A stretch of 64,000 nt of DNA from contig NC_043004.1 of NCBI RefSeq assembly GCF_006345805.1, positions 70,866,001 through 70,930,000 on the forward strand, read 5' to 3'. Below are positions 37,491 to 50,532 of this stretch, in pieces. The notes under the pieces were generated by a model. It did not search any database and had not been told where the DNA came from. It worked only from the letters and a program-made list of their open reading frames with translations. A program made the position numbers and the translations under genes. The first letter of the stretch is position 1. Every line of letters begins with the position of its first letter. Origin of the DNA: Octopus sinensis. Taxonomy: Eukaryota.

Positions 37491-40400
37491 ATCATCATCA
37501 TCAAAATCTACCATCTAGGCAGTTTTCAGCCAATCTGTGTAATATGATATATATATATATATATTGTTATTTATGTATCATACTTAATGTATGTACATTG
37601 TTGACTGGTAAGTTAGTGTTATATTTGCCCGAGATAATGTTTCTTATGGGTGTGCTGTGTTTCAAAACACAATATCTTTGGGAGGGAAATGCATGCCAGA
37701 TGTATTTTGATTTAATGGGGACTTATCAATAATATATACTGACAGCCAGCCACATGCCTTAATGGGATTTGTCACCTCTGATATAAGGACCAGTGAAAAA
37801 AAACAAACTCTTAAGCTGTATTGCAAATAGCTATTCAGTTAATAATAATAATAATAATAATAATATATTTCTTTACTACCCACAAGGGGCTAAACATAGA
37901 GGGGACAAACAAAGGGATTAAGTTGATTACATCAACCCAGTGCGAAACTGGTACTTAATTTATCGACCCCGAGAGGATGAAAGGCAAAGTTGTCCTCGGC
38001 GGAATTTGAACTCAGAACGTAACGACAGACGAAATACCACTAAGCATTTCACCCGGCGTGCTAACGTTTCTGCCAGTAATCATCATCATCATAATCATCA
38101 TCATTTAATGTCTGTTGTCCATGGTGGCATAGGTTGGATGGTTTGACTGGGCTGGCACACTGGAAGGCTGCGCTAGGATCCAGTCTGATTTGGCATGGTT
38201 TTCTACGGCTGGATGCCCTTCCTAACGCCAACCACTCCTAGAGTGTAATGGGTACTTTTACATGCTGCTGGCATGGGTGCTATTTGCATGACACCAGTAT
38301 CTGTCACAACTGTGATTTTGCTTGGCTTGATGGGTCTTCTTCTTAAGCATGATATCATATCAAAAGTCTTGGCCATTGCCTCTGTGAGGCCCAACACTCG
38401 AAGGGAGCCCAGCCACTTTGCCTCCATGAGGCCCAATGCTTGAAAGGAACTCAGCCACATTTTCCACAAGGGTGAAAGACGAGGGGGATAATACAGAGAC
38501 AGACATAAAGTGTGGGAGTTTACATATAATAATAAAATGATAAAAAAAAAGTATACATGGTCTACATTGGAAAAGAAGGAACATGTGCATAGCATACAAA
38601 AGTAAAAAAAAATACATAGGGAAGATGGGCCCTCATGATATAGGAACACCTCTAGGGATAATTGAGGAACCCCACTGTCTGAGATTTCTCTGAAACCCTA
38701 GGAGCAAGTGCCCTCTCCAGTTCCTTCTCTCCAACTCACAGGGCTACACTTAGGTACCATCCACTCTTGCCATTTTTGAAACTTCCACCCACCTTCCAAT
38801 AAACTCACTCGAGGACAGCACTTCCATCTCCACTCTCAATTTCCTTTTCAAGTGAAACTTGAAAAAGTCAGTGAGAGCTCTAATAATCACCACCACTATT
38901 ATTATTGTTGTTGTTGTTGTTCACACGAACTATGTGAAGCTATTTATCATATTTATGATATGCACGAGTTTTTCTACTCAAGTTCAAAAAATAGCTTGCA
39001 TGTGGTACAACTCAAAACACAGTATTAAGCATGTCAAGTATCCGCGTGTCATTGGTCTACTGCTAGTCTCATGACTTGGACGTAACCTAAAATAGCTAAG
39101 ATAATGCACGGGACAGCGAGCGCGTGCACCTCAAGAGATAATGTACACGATAGCATACGTCAGCCGCTAAAAAGTCTGTGATTGGTGTAGGGCAGCTCTA
39201 CATCATATATTTACATTAACCGCAGGTAGGCAAGCAAAAATGTGATCGCATATTTGCGTCAACCGTTGTGAAGGGGTTAACGATTCTGTTAGCTCACTGC
39301 CTTAGCTGTAGTTGTAATCTTTTCTATTCAAAGCACAAGGCCTCAAAGGATGAAAGGCAAAGTCAGCCTTGACAGAATTTGCACTCAGAATGCAAAGACA
39401 GGCGAAATACCGCTAAGCATTTCACCCAGTGTGCTAATGATTCTGCCAGCTCGCCACCTTAATAATAATAATAATAATAATGATAGAGCAGGATGGGCTA
39501 CTCAACCTGAAGAAAATTCTAACTGGGCCCCACCTGCAAGGTCATGTGCTGTTTATTTTGATATGAGATCATCATGCCGCGCACATATGGTTGTGATGCA
39601 TGTGCCTGGTGTACCCTTATCAGACGGGTAGTCATGATGGGTATACTGGGCTTCGTATATTTTACCCCAGTGTCACTTTGATGGCATGCACTGCTCTCTC
39701 ACTCAATAATAATAATAATAATAATAATAATAATCATCATCATGGTTTCAAATCTTGCCACAAGGACAGCAATTTTGGGGGAGGGGACGAGTTGATTACA
39801 TCGATCTCCAGTGTTTCACTGGTACTTATTTAACTGACCCTGAAAGGATGAAAAGCAAAGTCGACCTTGGCAGAATTTGAACTCAAAATGTAAAGATGGA
39901 TGAAATGCCACTAAGCTAACATTTCTGCCAGTTTCTTTGCCTTAGTTGTGGTTGTAATAATGCAGTGAAGTCATAGTTGCAATGGTGCAAATCATTGGTT
40001 CCAAAGCTAAATTTCATCTCAATGCTGGATGTATTAAAACAATTAAGAAGCAGTTGTAATGATTAACCTCATTAGTGGCTGTCATCGAATGGTTCAACTG
40101 TGGCTGAAATGAAATACCTTCATATTATTCATATGATACAAATATGTGTTGATTGTGATGAGACAATGTACGTAGTTGAAATGAGATGACTGTGTTGGCC
40201 GTAAAGACATAATTCAAAATAGATTGCAATGAAATAACTCCCTGGTAGCTGTAGTATGCGGATGTGTCTTGGTTATAATGACACAGATAATTTATGGATG
40301 TCACGAAGCGTTTCACTGTTGACTGTAATGTCTTGGAAGTCTCTGTAATGACCAACTCAGTAGTGAGTGTATAATGAAATGGTTTAGTAGCAGTTGTAAC

Positions 40401-40519
40401 GATAAAACTTTGTGGTGATTTTAATAAAATAGATTGGTGGTTGTAATTGTATGAGTCCAGCTTTTATGCGTACCAGGTCATTGCCCATTGCTGCACTGCT
40501 GGTAAAAATAGTTGTTAGT

Positions 40520-41310
40520 GCTGGTGACATGTAACACGCACTCTTTATGGTTACACATAAAAGGCACCCATAACAGTGACATGTAAAAGGTACTTATGAC
40601 AGGTAAATGGAACCCTTTATGGTGACACATAAAAGGCATCTGTGATGGTGATACGTTAAAGGCACCCATGACATGTAAAAGGCAGCCTTGATGGTTACAT
40701 GTAAAAGGCATCTGTGATGGTGACATGTAAAAGGTACTTGTGACTGTGATACGTAAAAAGCACCTGTGATGGTGACATGCAAAAGGCACTTATGACAGGT
40801 AAAAGTGACAGTGACAGTGATATGCAAAAGGGACTCATGACATTGACACTTACGGTGGTGACATGTAAAAGGCACCTTTGACACTGATGCATAGAAGACA
40901 CCTGTGATGGTTACTCATGAAAGGCAGTGTTATGTAAAAGGCACCTGTGACAGTGATACACAAAAGGCACTTGTAATGGGGATACGTGGAAGGAGGAATT
41001 ACTGGAAAGTTCCGAAGAGGGGGAGGAAGGGGAGGAATTACTTCCTGCCAAGTTCAGAGGAGGGGGATTACCTCCTGGAAAGTTCCAAAGAGGGGGATGA
41101 ATTATGTCCTACAGAGTTCCGAGGAGGAGGAGGAGGAGGAATTACTTCCTGGAAAGTTCCCAGGAGAGGGAGGAATTACTTCCTGGAAATTTCCGAGGAG
41201 GGGAGGAAGGGGAGAATGCATAAAGGGCAACTGTGATGGTGACATGCAAAAGGCATCCATGACAGTGACATGTAAAAAGCACCTGTGTGGGTGGCACGTA
41301 AAAGGCATCC
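40520..41310. repeat. Compound minisatellite (GTGACATGTAAAAGGCAC units with a nested purine-rich repeat)
   Basis: Many degenerate ~23-25-bp units, interrupted at about 40990-41215 by GGAGGAATTACTTCCTGGAAAGTTCC units. Confidence 0.85.
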
Positions 41311-42102
41311 ACTACGCACTTGGAGTGGTTGGCATTAGGAAGGGCATCCAGAATCAGACTGGAACCTGGTGCAGCTCTCCAGCTTACCAGTTCCAGCCAA
41401 GCTGTCTAACCCATGCCAGCATGGAAAGCAGATGCTAAATGATGAGGATGATGATGGTGATGACGATGATGATACCTTCCTAAATTGTTTATGGTGATTA
41501 GATGTCTGTGCAGTACCTACATGAGTTCACTCTCCTCTGTCAAATCGACATTTACCTGTACCAGTGCACAGTTTGCCAGACATTAGGTGTTGATGAGATC
41601 ATGGAGCAACATGTGATGAAGTGTTTTTTTTTGCTCAAAAACACAATGCACTGCCTTGTCCAGGTATTGAACCCATGACATTAGGATCTTGAGGGCAACA
41701 CCCTAACCACTAGGCCACGTGCCCTCAGGAACCTTACTGTCTATCTTTCTATCTACTTTATTCATCACCCCACCTTTCTTTTTCACTGTCTCTACCTTAC
41801 TCTCTCTTTCTCTCTATTCTGCCTGCCTTTCATTCTTAACCCTACTCTCTATCTTTCTATCTATCTTTCTCATTATCCCTTCATTCCTCTTTCTGTTACT
41901 CTCTCTGTTTCTCTCTCTCTTCTCTCTGCCTCTCTCTCTACCTTGCTCAGTTGTTTAATTTTTGTTTCTTTCTCTTCATTTTTTCTATTCTTACCTTCTC
42001 TCAACCCACTGACACACCTCATACACACCATTCACACACACACATCCTACCTGCAACTCTCCCCCATACATACACCACGTGCATGTGCTCCCTGCCCCAT
42101 AT

Positions 42103-42137
<35 letters not shown>

Positions 42138-43576
42138 TACATACATACACACCATGTGTATAAATACACACACACGTCACTTACAAATGTCTCGTATCAG
42201 GTAATGAGCACAAAAAGACAACAACATGACAAAGGAAAGTTTTAACAAATAATATATATTTATTATCATTTTACATCCGTTTTCTATGTGCTTGGACATG
42301 TATACACACCCCTGTGTTTTATATCACTCTTTCTCATATATACTGCATACACACACACACCATACTCTTTTACTCTTACTCTTTTACTTGTTTCAGTCAT
42401 TTGACTGTGGCCATGCTGGAGCACCGCCTTTAGTCGAGCAAATTGACCACAGGACTTATTCTTTGTGAACCTAGTACTTGTTCTATCGGTCTCTTTTGCC
42501 GAACCGCTAAGTTATGGGTATGTAAACACACCAGCATCAGTTGTCTAGCGATGTTGGGAGGACAAACACAGACACACAAACACACACATATATATATGCA
42601 TATATGTATATACGACAGGCTTCATTTCAGTTTCCGTCAACCAAATCGACTCACAAGGCTTCGGTCGGCCTGAGGCTATAGTAGAAGACACTTGCCCAAG
42701 GTGCCATGCTTTAGGGCTAAACCCAGAACCCGTGTGGTTGGTAAGCAAGCTACTTACCACACAGCCACTCCCGCGCCTATATGTATACATTTGTGTATAC
42801 ATATGCGCAAACATAACTGACAAATATCTCAATGAGGACAAAAAGACAAGAACATATATATATATGCATATGACCAGACTTTAATTTATGTTTTAATACA
42901 CACACACACGCACACACACACACACAAAATATATACGATCATTTTACTTCTGTTTTCTATGTACATAGACATGCATACACACCTGTGTTATATACACACC
43001 TGTGTTATATATCATTCTTTCTCACATATTCTGCACAGACAAGCTCACACACAGACCCACCCATCCACACACACACACATGCATGCACAAGTGGTGAGGC
43101 AGTCTAAAGTCCCATTCGTATCCGCTTGAGATGACCTATATTCCACACAACAGCAAGAAGGACGCATTGAACAATGTAATCCTGGATATACAAAACAGAT
43201 GAGTTGCTAACGGCCGAAACGCCTGTTTTTGATATTTAGGTGTCTTCTCAGTTAGGACTGATCTGCCCAGGGTTAAACAATGACACACACACACAAACGA
43301 AGATAACATTGCAATGTGAAAGGCTTGGTGTCCCTCGACTATCAAGATCTCAATTTAGTTGTAATTTTTAATTTTCTATTCGTTTCGGTCATTTGACTGC
43401 GGCCATGCTGGAGCACCACCGTGAAGGATTTCAGTCACACAAATGGGCCACAGGACTTATTTTTTTAAAGCCCAGTACTTATCCTATTTGTCTGTTTTGC
43501 CAAACCGCTAAGTTACGGGGACGTAAATACCCACATGCCAGTTGTCAAGCAATGGTCGTGGGGGACAGGACAAACA

Positions 43577-43638
<62 letters not shown>

Positions 43639-43640
<2 letters not shown>

Positions 43641-44650
43641 GGGGTTGAACAAAATAATGAGAATACCTTAAAATTTCAAACAAATTTATTTTAACATAGG
43701 GTAGGACTGCCTTCGGCAGTATTTACAGCTTGAATTCTATGAGGTATGGACTCGTACAAAGTTTGAATTATTTCCAAAGGAATTTTTGTCCATTCTTCAG
43801 TTAAAACAGTCTCCAGTTCTTGTAGTGATGATGGTGGAGGATATTGACTCCTTACTTGTTTTTCTAAAATGCACCATAAATCTTCAATAATATTGAGATC
43901 TGGGGACTGTGGTGGCCAGATAAAGTGTTCAACTTCACTAGAATGTTCCTCGTGCCATTCAGTAACAATTTTAGCTGTGTGAATTGGTGCATTATCATCC
44001 TGAAAGGCTGCCTTTCCCTCCGGAAACAGTTCCGCAACCATAGGATGAATTTGATCAGATAAAATGCTTAAATAATCTTGGTTATTGATATTCTGCCATG
44101 AAGTGAAACCATTGGGCTGGTGGATTTCCAAGATATAACCCCCCCCCCCCCCGCCCCAGATCATCACAGATCCTCCTCCATGTTTAGCAGTCTGGGTCAA
44201 ATGCTTCTTTTGGCTGTCTCTACTTGTATATTCAGCTCCGCTCCCAGGGACCAATTCTGTAGGTTTTTACTACACTCTAAACGCTTTGCAATGTTTCTTT
44301 TTGAAAGTAATAATAATAATTATAGTGGTCTTCTGATTGTAACTCTCGGCAAACAGTTTTTGTGGAAACTGGGTTCTCATGGTAGTCATTAAGCTCTGCA
44401 GTAATTTTAGGAGCTGTACTTTTGTGATCCTTTCTAACAATTCACATATGAGTCCGACCATCCCTATCTAAAAGTGTTGGTTTTCTTCTGGAGTTTTGTT
44501 TTGACAAGGAAGTTTTTTGCCCTTTCTCAAAGGCTGTCATTACTATCGAGACAGTACTTCTTGATATACTGAACATTTCGGCTGTTTTCATTACGCTAGC
44601 GCCTGCCATATGAACACCCACCAACAATTTGACCTCTTTGAAAGTCATTT
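43639..44650 (-). mobile_element. Tc1-family transposon relic (DD36E spacing)
   Basis: ORF 43691-44254 contains KHGGGSVMIWG, FQDDNAPIH and WPPQSPDLNIIE. HTH fragment at 44442-44648. One terminus TA|CAGGGGTTG at 43637. Confidence 0.9.
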
Positions 44651-45399
44651 TAATTTTGGATTAATGATGTATTATCTTGTAGCTTTAAGATTTTTATGAT
44701 ATGATTATTTATTTTTAGAAGGACTTTGTAGGGTAGGTGTGAAAGGCTGGATCTGGCCACTTTGATCATAAAATGGGGAAAAAATTTGGACTGGTTATGG
44801 CTGGTTTAGATGCTCAATCATACCCTGCACTTGATGGTTTTTTTAAATGATGTGCCACACTGCACTGGTGCGTCTCAAGTGGTAGCTAGGTGTATTGCAG
44901 TTTTCAAAAATAATTTTAGTAACAAGAATGGTATCCAACATTGGATTTTTATGATGTGATTGATTTTATTTTTTTTAGAATGGCATTATAATAGGGTAGA
45001 CGTGAAAGGCTGGATCTGGCCAGTTTGAATATAAACCAGTAGAATATTTGGGCTGGATACGACTGGTTTAACTCTCTAGCAATAATTTTCCAGCTCTTTA
45101 CATTCTGGGTTCAAATATTCCCAGGGTTAACTTTATGTTGCATCCTTATGAAGTTGATACAGTAAAGTACCAGTCATGTACTGAGGCCATGGCAATCAAT
45201 TTACCCACTTTCTTAAGATTACTGGTCTTGTGCTAAAATTTGAAACCATTATTTGTTTGGAATTTCCTGCATGTTATTACTGCTATTTTCATTTTATTTT
45301 GATATTTATAATTGTTATTTTTGTTGTACTATGAAATAAATGGGACAGAAAATGTTAATTACTGGAATGGTGTTGATTAAAAAAAAAACTATAATCACT

Positions 45400-46160
45400 A
45401 CATAATCATTAACATAGTGTGACAGAGTTTGGTGTCAGTGTGTAATGATACTTGTAGTGATTGTATAATGGTGTGTATAATGAGAGTGTAATGATCCAGT
45501 GTGTAACAACAAAAGTATCAAAGTATAATCTTTGTGTATAATGACAGTGAAATGATAGTGTGTAATAATCTGGCGTGCTGACTCAGTGAAATGCCAATGT
45601 GTAAAGACTATGTAATGACAGGTGTATGACGACAGTTTGTAATGACCCAGTATATAGTGACAATGTAGTGTCTTTTTAATAACAAATTAAATTTAATAAC
45701 AAATCTAATAACAAAGTGTAATAGTGTAATAAAAATTTGTAATGACTGTGTAATGACACAAGGTGTAGCCGTAGTGTAGTGACAATGTATAATGGTGGTG
45801 TATAATGACAGTGTGTAATGACACAGTGTAGTGACTGTGTAATGATCCAGTGTAATGATCCAGTGTAATGACAGTGTGTGACAACAAAAGTATTATGACT
45901 GTTTAATGACAGTGAAATGACAGTGTGTAAAGACTATGTAGTGACACTAGTGTCTTTTTAATAACATAGTATAATGCCTGCGTAATGACACAATGTGTAG
46001 AAATACTGTAGTGACAATGTATGATGATGTGCAATAATACAATGTGTAATGACACTGGATAGTGACAATATGTAATTACAGTGTAATGATTGTGCATAAT
46101 GATACAGTGTATAATAATAAATGTAATGACAATGTGTAATGATATAGTGTGTAATGACAA
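45400..46160. repeat. Degenerate GTGTAATGACA short-period tandem repeat
   Basis: Dozens of TGTAATGA(C/T)-like units ending about 25 nt before the exon B acceptor. Confidence 0.85.
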
Positions 46161-46185
46161 ATTTTTACAATCCATTTTTTTGCAG

Positions 46186-46326
46186 TGACCCGTCTACTGT
46201 TTTTGTGCTGGTTCCTGGTGCTGGTCTTGGAAGATTGGCATATGAACTGGCAAAGCTCGGATACAGTTGTCAAGGCAACGAATGGAGCTTATTCATGTTA
46301 TTTGCATCTAACTTTGTACTGAACAA
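46186..46326 (+). CDS. CARNMT1: CARNMT1 internal coding exon B (SAM-binding motif I)
   Basis: TTTTTTTGCAG acceptor, GTAAGT donor at 46327. TG+T completes a Cys codon, then [46 protein letters not shown], containing the [10 protein letters not shown] and QGNE motifs. 141 nt, phase-compatible with both neighbours. Confidence 0.96.
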
Positions 46327-46515
46327 GTAAGTATCTCTTATCATTATCATCTTTCTTCTATCTTTCATCACCACCACCATCACTACCATCATCATCACCT
46401 GTCTTATATATTTATCACTGTCTTCTTATTTTTGGCTCATACATATGTACGTATGGTTGTGTGATGTCATATAATGTATGGCAGTATATCAAGTCTAGCT
46501 CCCACATAGACCCTT

Positions 46516-47090
46516 CATCATCATCATCATCATCATCAACATCATCATTATTTAACGTCCATTGTCCATGCTGGCATGGGTTGGATGGTTTGACCAGAAC
46601 TGGCAAGCTGGGGAACTTCACCAGACTCCAGTCTGATTTGGCCTGGTTTCTGCAGCTGGATGCCCTTCATGCCCTTCCTAACACCATCCACTTTACAGAG
46701 TGTGCTGCTGGGGGCTTTTATGTGGCACCACATGGACGCTTTTACATGGTGCCACATGGGTGCTTTACACCAACAGCAGGACCGGTCTTAACATTTCTGC
46801 TGTGGGGCATAGGTCTTCTTGAGCATGACCAGGGGCCAGCTATCTCAGTCCTTTGTCATCTCACCTAAAAGGTCCAGCTTCCTGGGCTTGTTCTTCAGGA
46901 CTTCGTCCCATGTCTTCTTGGGTCTTCCACTTCCACATGTTCCACCCACTTTCACGGACTGGCACTTCTTTACGAAGCTGACGACATCCATCCACATCAC
47001 ATGACCAAACCAGTGCAGTCTCCCTCTCTTGCACACAACAACTAATTCCCTTTATGCCTAACTTCTCTCTCAGAACTATGGCACTTTGTC
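46516..47090 (-). mobile_element. RTE LINE 3' fragment
   Basis: RLHWFGHV..GRPKKTWDEV followed by the 3' UTR and (CAT)n on the + strand. Shorter 3' UTR-only copies at about 3371-3676, 10315-10520, 21415-21590, 23580-23963, 29500-29700 and 38088-38465. Confidence 0.8.
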
Positions 47091-47596
47091 AGACATGTTT
47101 TATATCTATCTATATATGAGCTTTCTCGGCTCATATATATTTGTCGATTTCATGGAAAGAATGAGATCATACACAGCACAGATATTTGATCTCTGTAAGC
47201 AAATTATTTGTGTGGGTCATTCAGCAAAAAGTTGTGGAGCACCCTCCTCTCATATGTGTGTTTGAATATTTACTTTGCATGAAGAAACACTGAACTACAA
47301 TTGGTGAAGTTTGTGGTATTTTGCTGTCCACTGACTCAGCGCTTTTCAAGACATTTGGAAGATGCGGCTCCTTATTTGAAAAAAAAAAAAAGAAGGTATT
47401 CAGCTTCAAAGCAAGGCTTCAATGAATGTACTTTTGTTGAATCCACGTAGCGTGTCAAAACATGTAAATGTGGCCAAATATATTTATGTAGCAGCACTTT
47501 TATTAGTTTAATCACATGCAACAACGCATTATATAACATTTTATCTTCGGCATTTACATGTTTTATTTCTTTCATCACAGATTAACTCACGCCTGC

Positions 47597-48005
47597 GGAT
47601 CTTTTCGGTTTGAACGGCAGTTTTTTCTAGCGGTGTCATATGAAATTGTCACCCATAATTATGACCCTAGTATCAATCTATTGCATTTCAATCTGTGTTA
47701 GGGTTAGGGGAAGGGTATCTTTTTTTCTTCACAAATGTAAATAAACCCAATCTGTTTCTTAAACGAGTGACATATTCATACGGCACAGAATGTTTTTTTT
47801 ACCTCAATGGCGGTCATTGATTGGTTGAAATTGCAGAAATTGAAGAAAATAAAAAACAACAAATATCTTACAAACTATAGAATTTTCTCAATAAAGCCAA
47901 GAGAAAAAGATGTTTTATAAACACATTCTACCAGTATACGAAGTTTAAAATTTTTTAGTTACCCAGAAATTATGCTAAAAAGTGCTGTTCAAACCGAAAA
48001 GATCC
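47597..48005. mobile_element. MITE with ~22-bp TIRs
   Basis: GGATCTTTTCGGTTTGAACGGCA / TGCTGTTCAAACCGAAAAGATCC, with an internal TTAGGGTTAGGG. Confidence 0.8.
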
Positions 48006-48632
48006 CATACCGTTAATTATACCAAATGCATTTTCTGGTGTAAAACACACGTTAGGCGGCTTATCAAGGGGACCATATCACAAATCAACGATATACATAC
48101 AATACCACTGTAAACAATAAACCATACATTATTATTATTAAGACTACTGATTCATCCACGTTTCTGCCCTCGCTTAAATACCTTAAATACACATATTTAT
48201 AATTTCTGTTATTACTCTCTTATTTCAAATATTTGCTACTGAATTTTTATATATTCTCTAAACGACTCCCGCTTTTATTTCGTAGTATTTATTTGATAAT
48301 AAGGCAACACGGATACACAAACTACATTAAAGAAAATTGTCGGAAAAAGATAATTAACCACGGTTTTAATCCAAGGGAAGTAATAACTAGTCTAAGGGAG
48401 TTAACTTGCATTAGATCTACTCTCTCTTTTACTCTTTTACTTGTTTCAGTCATTTGACTGCGGACATGCTGGAGCACCGCCTTTAGTCGATCAAATCGAC
48501 CCCGGGACTTATTCTTTGTAAGCCCAGTACTTATTCTATCGGTCTCTTTTGCCGAACCGCTAAGTGACAGGGACGTAAACACACCAGCATCGGTTGTCAA
48601 GCAATGCTAGGGGGACAAACACAGACACACAA

Positions 48633-48685
<53 letters not shown>

Positions 48686-49274
48686 ATATATACATACATA
48701 TATACGACAGGCTTCTTTCAGTTTCCGTCTACCAAATCCACTCACAAGGCATTGGTCAGCCCGGGGCTATAGCAGAAGACACTTGCTCAAGATGCCACGC
48801 AGTGGGACTGAACCCGGAACCATGTGGTTGGTTAGCAAGCTACTTACCACACAGCCACTCTTACGACTTTCAGCGTTTTGTATTACTAGCTTTATCTTTT
48901 GGCGGCAAGCTGGCAGAATCGTTATCGCGCCGGACATTACATCTGTCTTTACGTTCTGAGTTCAAATTCAGCCAAGGACAATTTTGTCTTTCATTCTAGA
49001 GTTGATGTAATAGACTAGCCGTCTCCCCCAATTTTCAGACCTTGTGCCTATAGTCGAAAGAGTTATTAACTTCATCTAAGGTGGGTTAGCTGGCACAAAA
49101 GGATCAAATGCTTAGCGGCATTTCTTCCAGTTTTACGTTATGAGCTCAAACGCTGCCAAAGTCAATTTTGCCATTTCAAAATTTTGAGCCCAGTTCTTGT
49201 ACCTACAGTAGAAAGGATTATTAACTTAATCTTCATCATGCTTCAATTTATCCTCTTTTTACTGTGTATAAATA

Positions 49275-50532
49275 TTGGGTCATCCCATAAAATAATGTGT
49301 TTTTCTCAGTTGAATGAACTAAAAGTCTGAGTGGGATGGGATAAATTACCTGCATCAACTTGCTTTAAAAGCAGGTAGTAATTTCAACTTGTCCTTATTC
49401 TTAGTGCAAGTTTTGAAGAGTGCAGTTCGATTGTAACAGTTATTTTTTCAAAGCTATAATGGAAGTGACAAAGGAGCATATTCAGTATATTTTGCTTTAT
49501 GAGTTCAATAAAAGTAATAATGCAACAGAAAGTGTGAAGAATATTAATGCAGTGTATGGGGATCGGACAATAAGCGTAAGTCAGTCAACGGTGGTTCCAG
49601 AAATTCCGAGCCAGAAGCTATTGCCTAGAAGACAAGCCGCATCCTGCAAGATCTGTAGAGCTTAATGAGGATTTCTTGCAAACCCTGGTGGAACAAAATC
49701 CTATCATAACTGTTGAGGAACTAAGAAAGAAGCTTGGATTTGGTCATTCAACCATTCATTGACACCTGCGTGACATTGAAAAAGTTAGGAAATTGGGTTA
49801 ATGAGCTCATCTCAAACTTTCTGAGTCTAATCATTTGCTCTTCTTTGCTGTTGTATCTCACCATGACCCTTTTTTGGAGTGAATAGTGACTGGTGACGAG
49901 AAATGGGTTCTCTATAAAAATGTCAAGCGCCGAAGACAGTGGGTAGGGAAAGGAAAAACACCAGCACTCCAGGCTAAAGAAAGTCTTCACCCATGTAGGG
50001 TGTTGTTATCTGTTTGGTGGGATACGAAAGCTTTAGTTGACTTTGAACTTTTAAACCTAAACCAAACAATAACAAAGATCTATTGTGAGCAGCTTAAGTC
50101 AGCACTACAAGAAAAACGACTGTCTTTGGTTTCAAAATGAAAGGTGTTCTTCCATCAGGATAATGCTTGACAATATACAGTGAGGATGACATTCCAAAGG
50201 CTGGAGCAGTTTGAATGGGAAACGATGCTCCTCCATATTTGCTGGACATTGCCCCCATCTGATTATCATTTATTCTGCAGTCTTCCAAATCATTTGCACG
50301 GAAAAAATATGAATTCTGTGGATTAGGTCAGAACAGTACTGGAGGAGTATTTTGCATCACAGACAAGAAGTGAATTTTGGAAAAAGGGCCTTGCAAGTGT
50401 ACCAGATAGATGGAAGAACATTGTAGAAAATAAAGGAGAGTATATTTTAGATTAAAAAAGAACTTTTTTAATCTAAACTTTTGAAAGATTAAAGAAGTAT
50501 GAAAGAATTGCATTATTTATGAGATGACCCAA
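49275..50532 (+). mobile_element. Full-length degenerate mariner transposon
   Basis: TIRs TTGGGTCATCCCATAAAATAATG / CATTATTTATGAGATGACCCAA with TA on both sides. Transposase fragments MEVTKEHI..LLYEF, VTGDEKWVLYKN, HQDNA and IAPSDYHL are interrupted by stops and frameshifts. Confidence 0.92.

Noticed and set aside
43190-43232. Hammerhead-like CAGATGAG..GGCCGAAACG
   Set aside because: The core is CAGATGA rather than CTGATGA, there is no NUH site, and the region resembles a different dispersed repeat (about 10215-10290, 13136-13200) that lacks the motif.
47697-47710. TTAGGGTTAGGG telomeric repeat
   Set aside because: Only two units, inside a TIR-bounded MITE.
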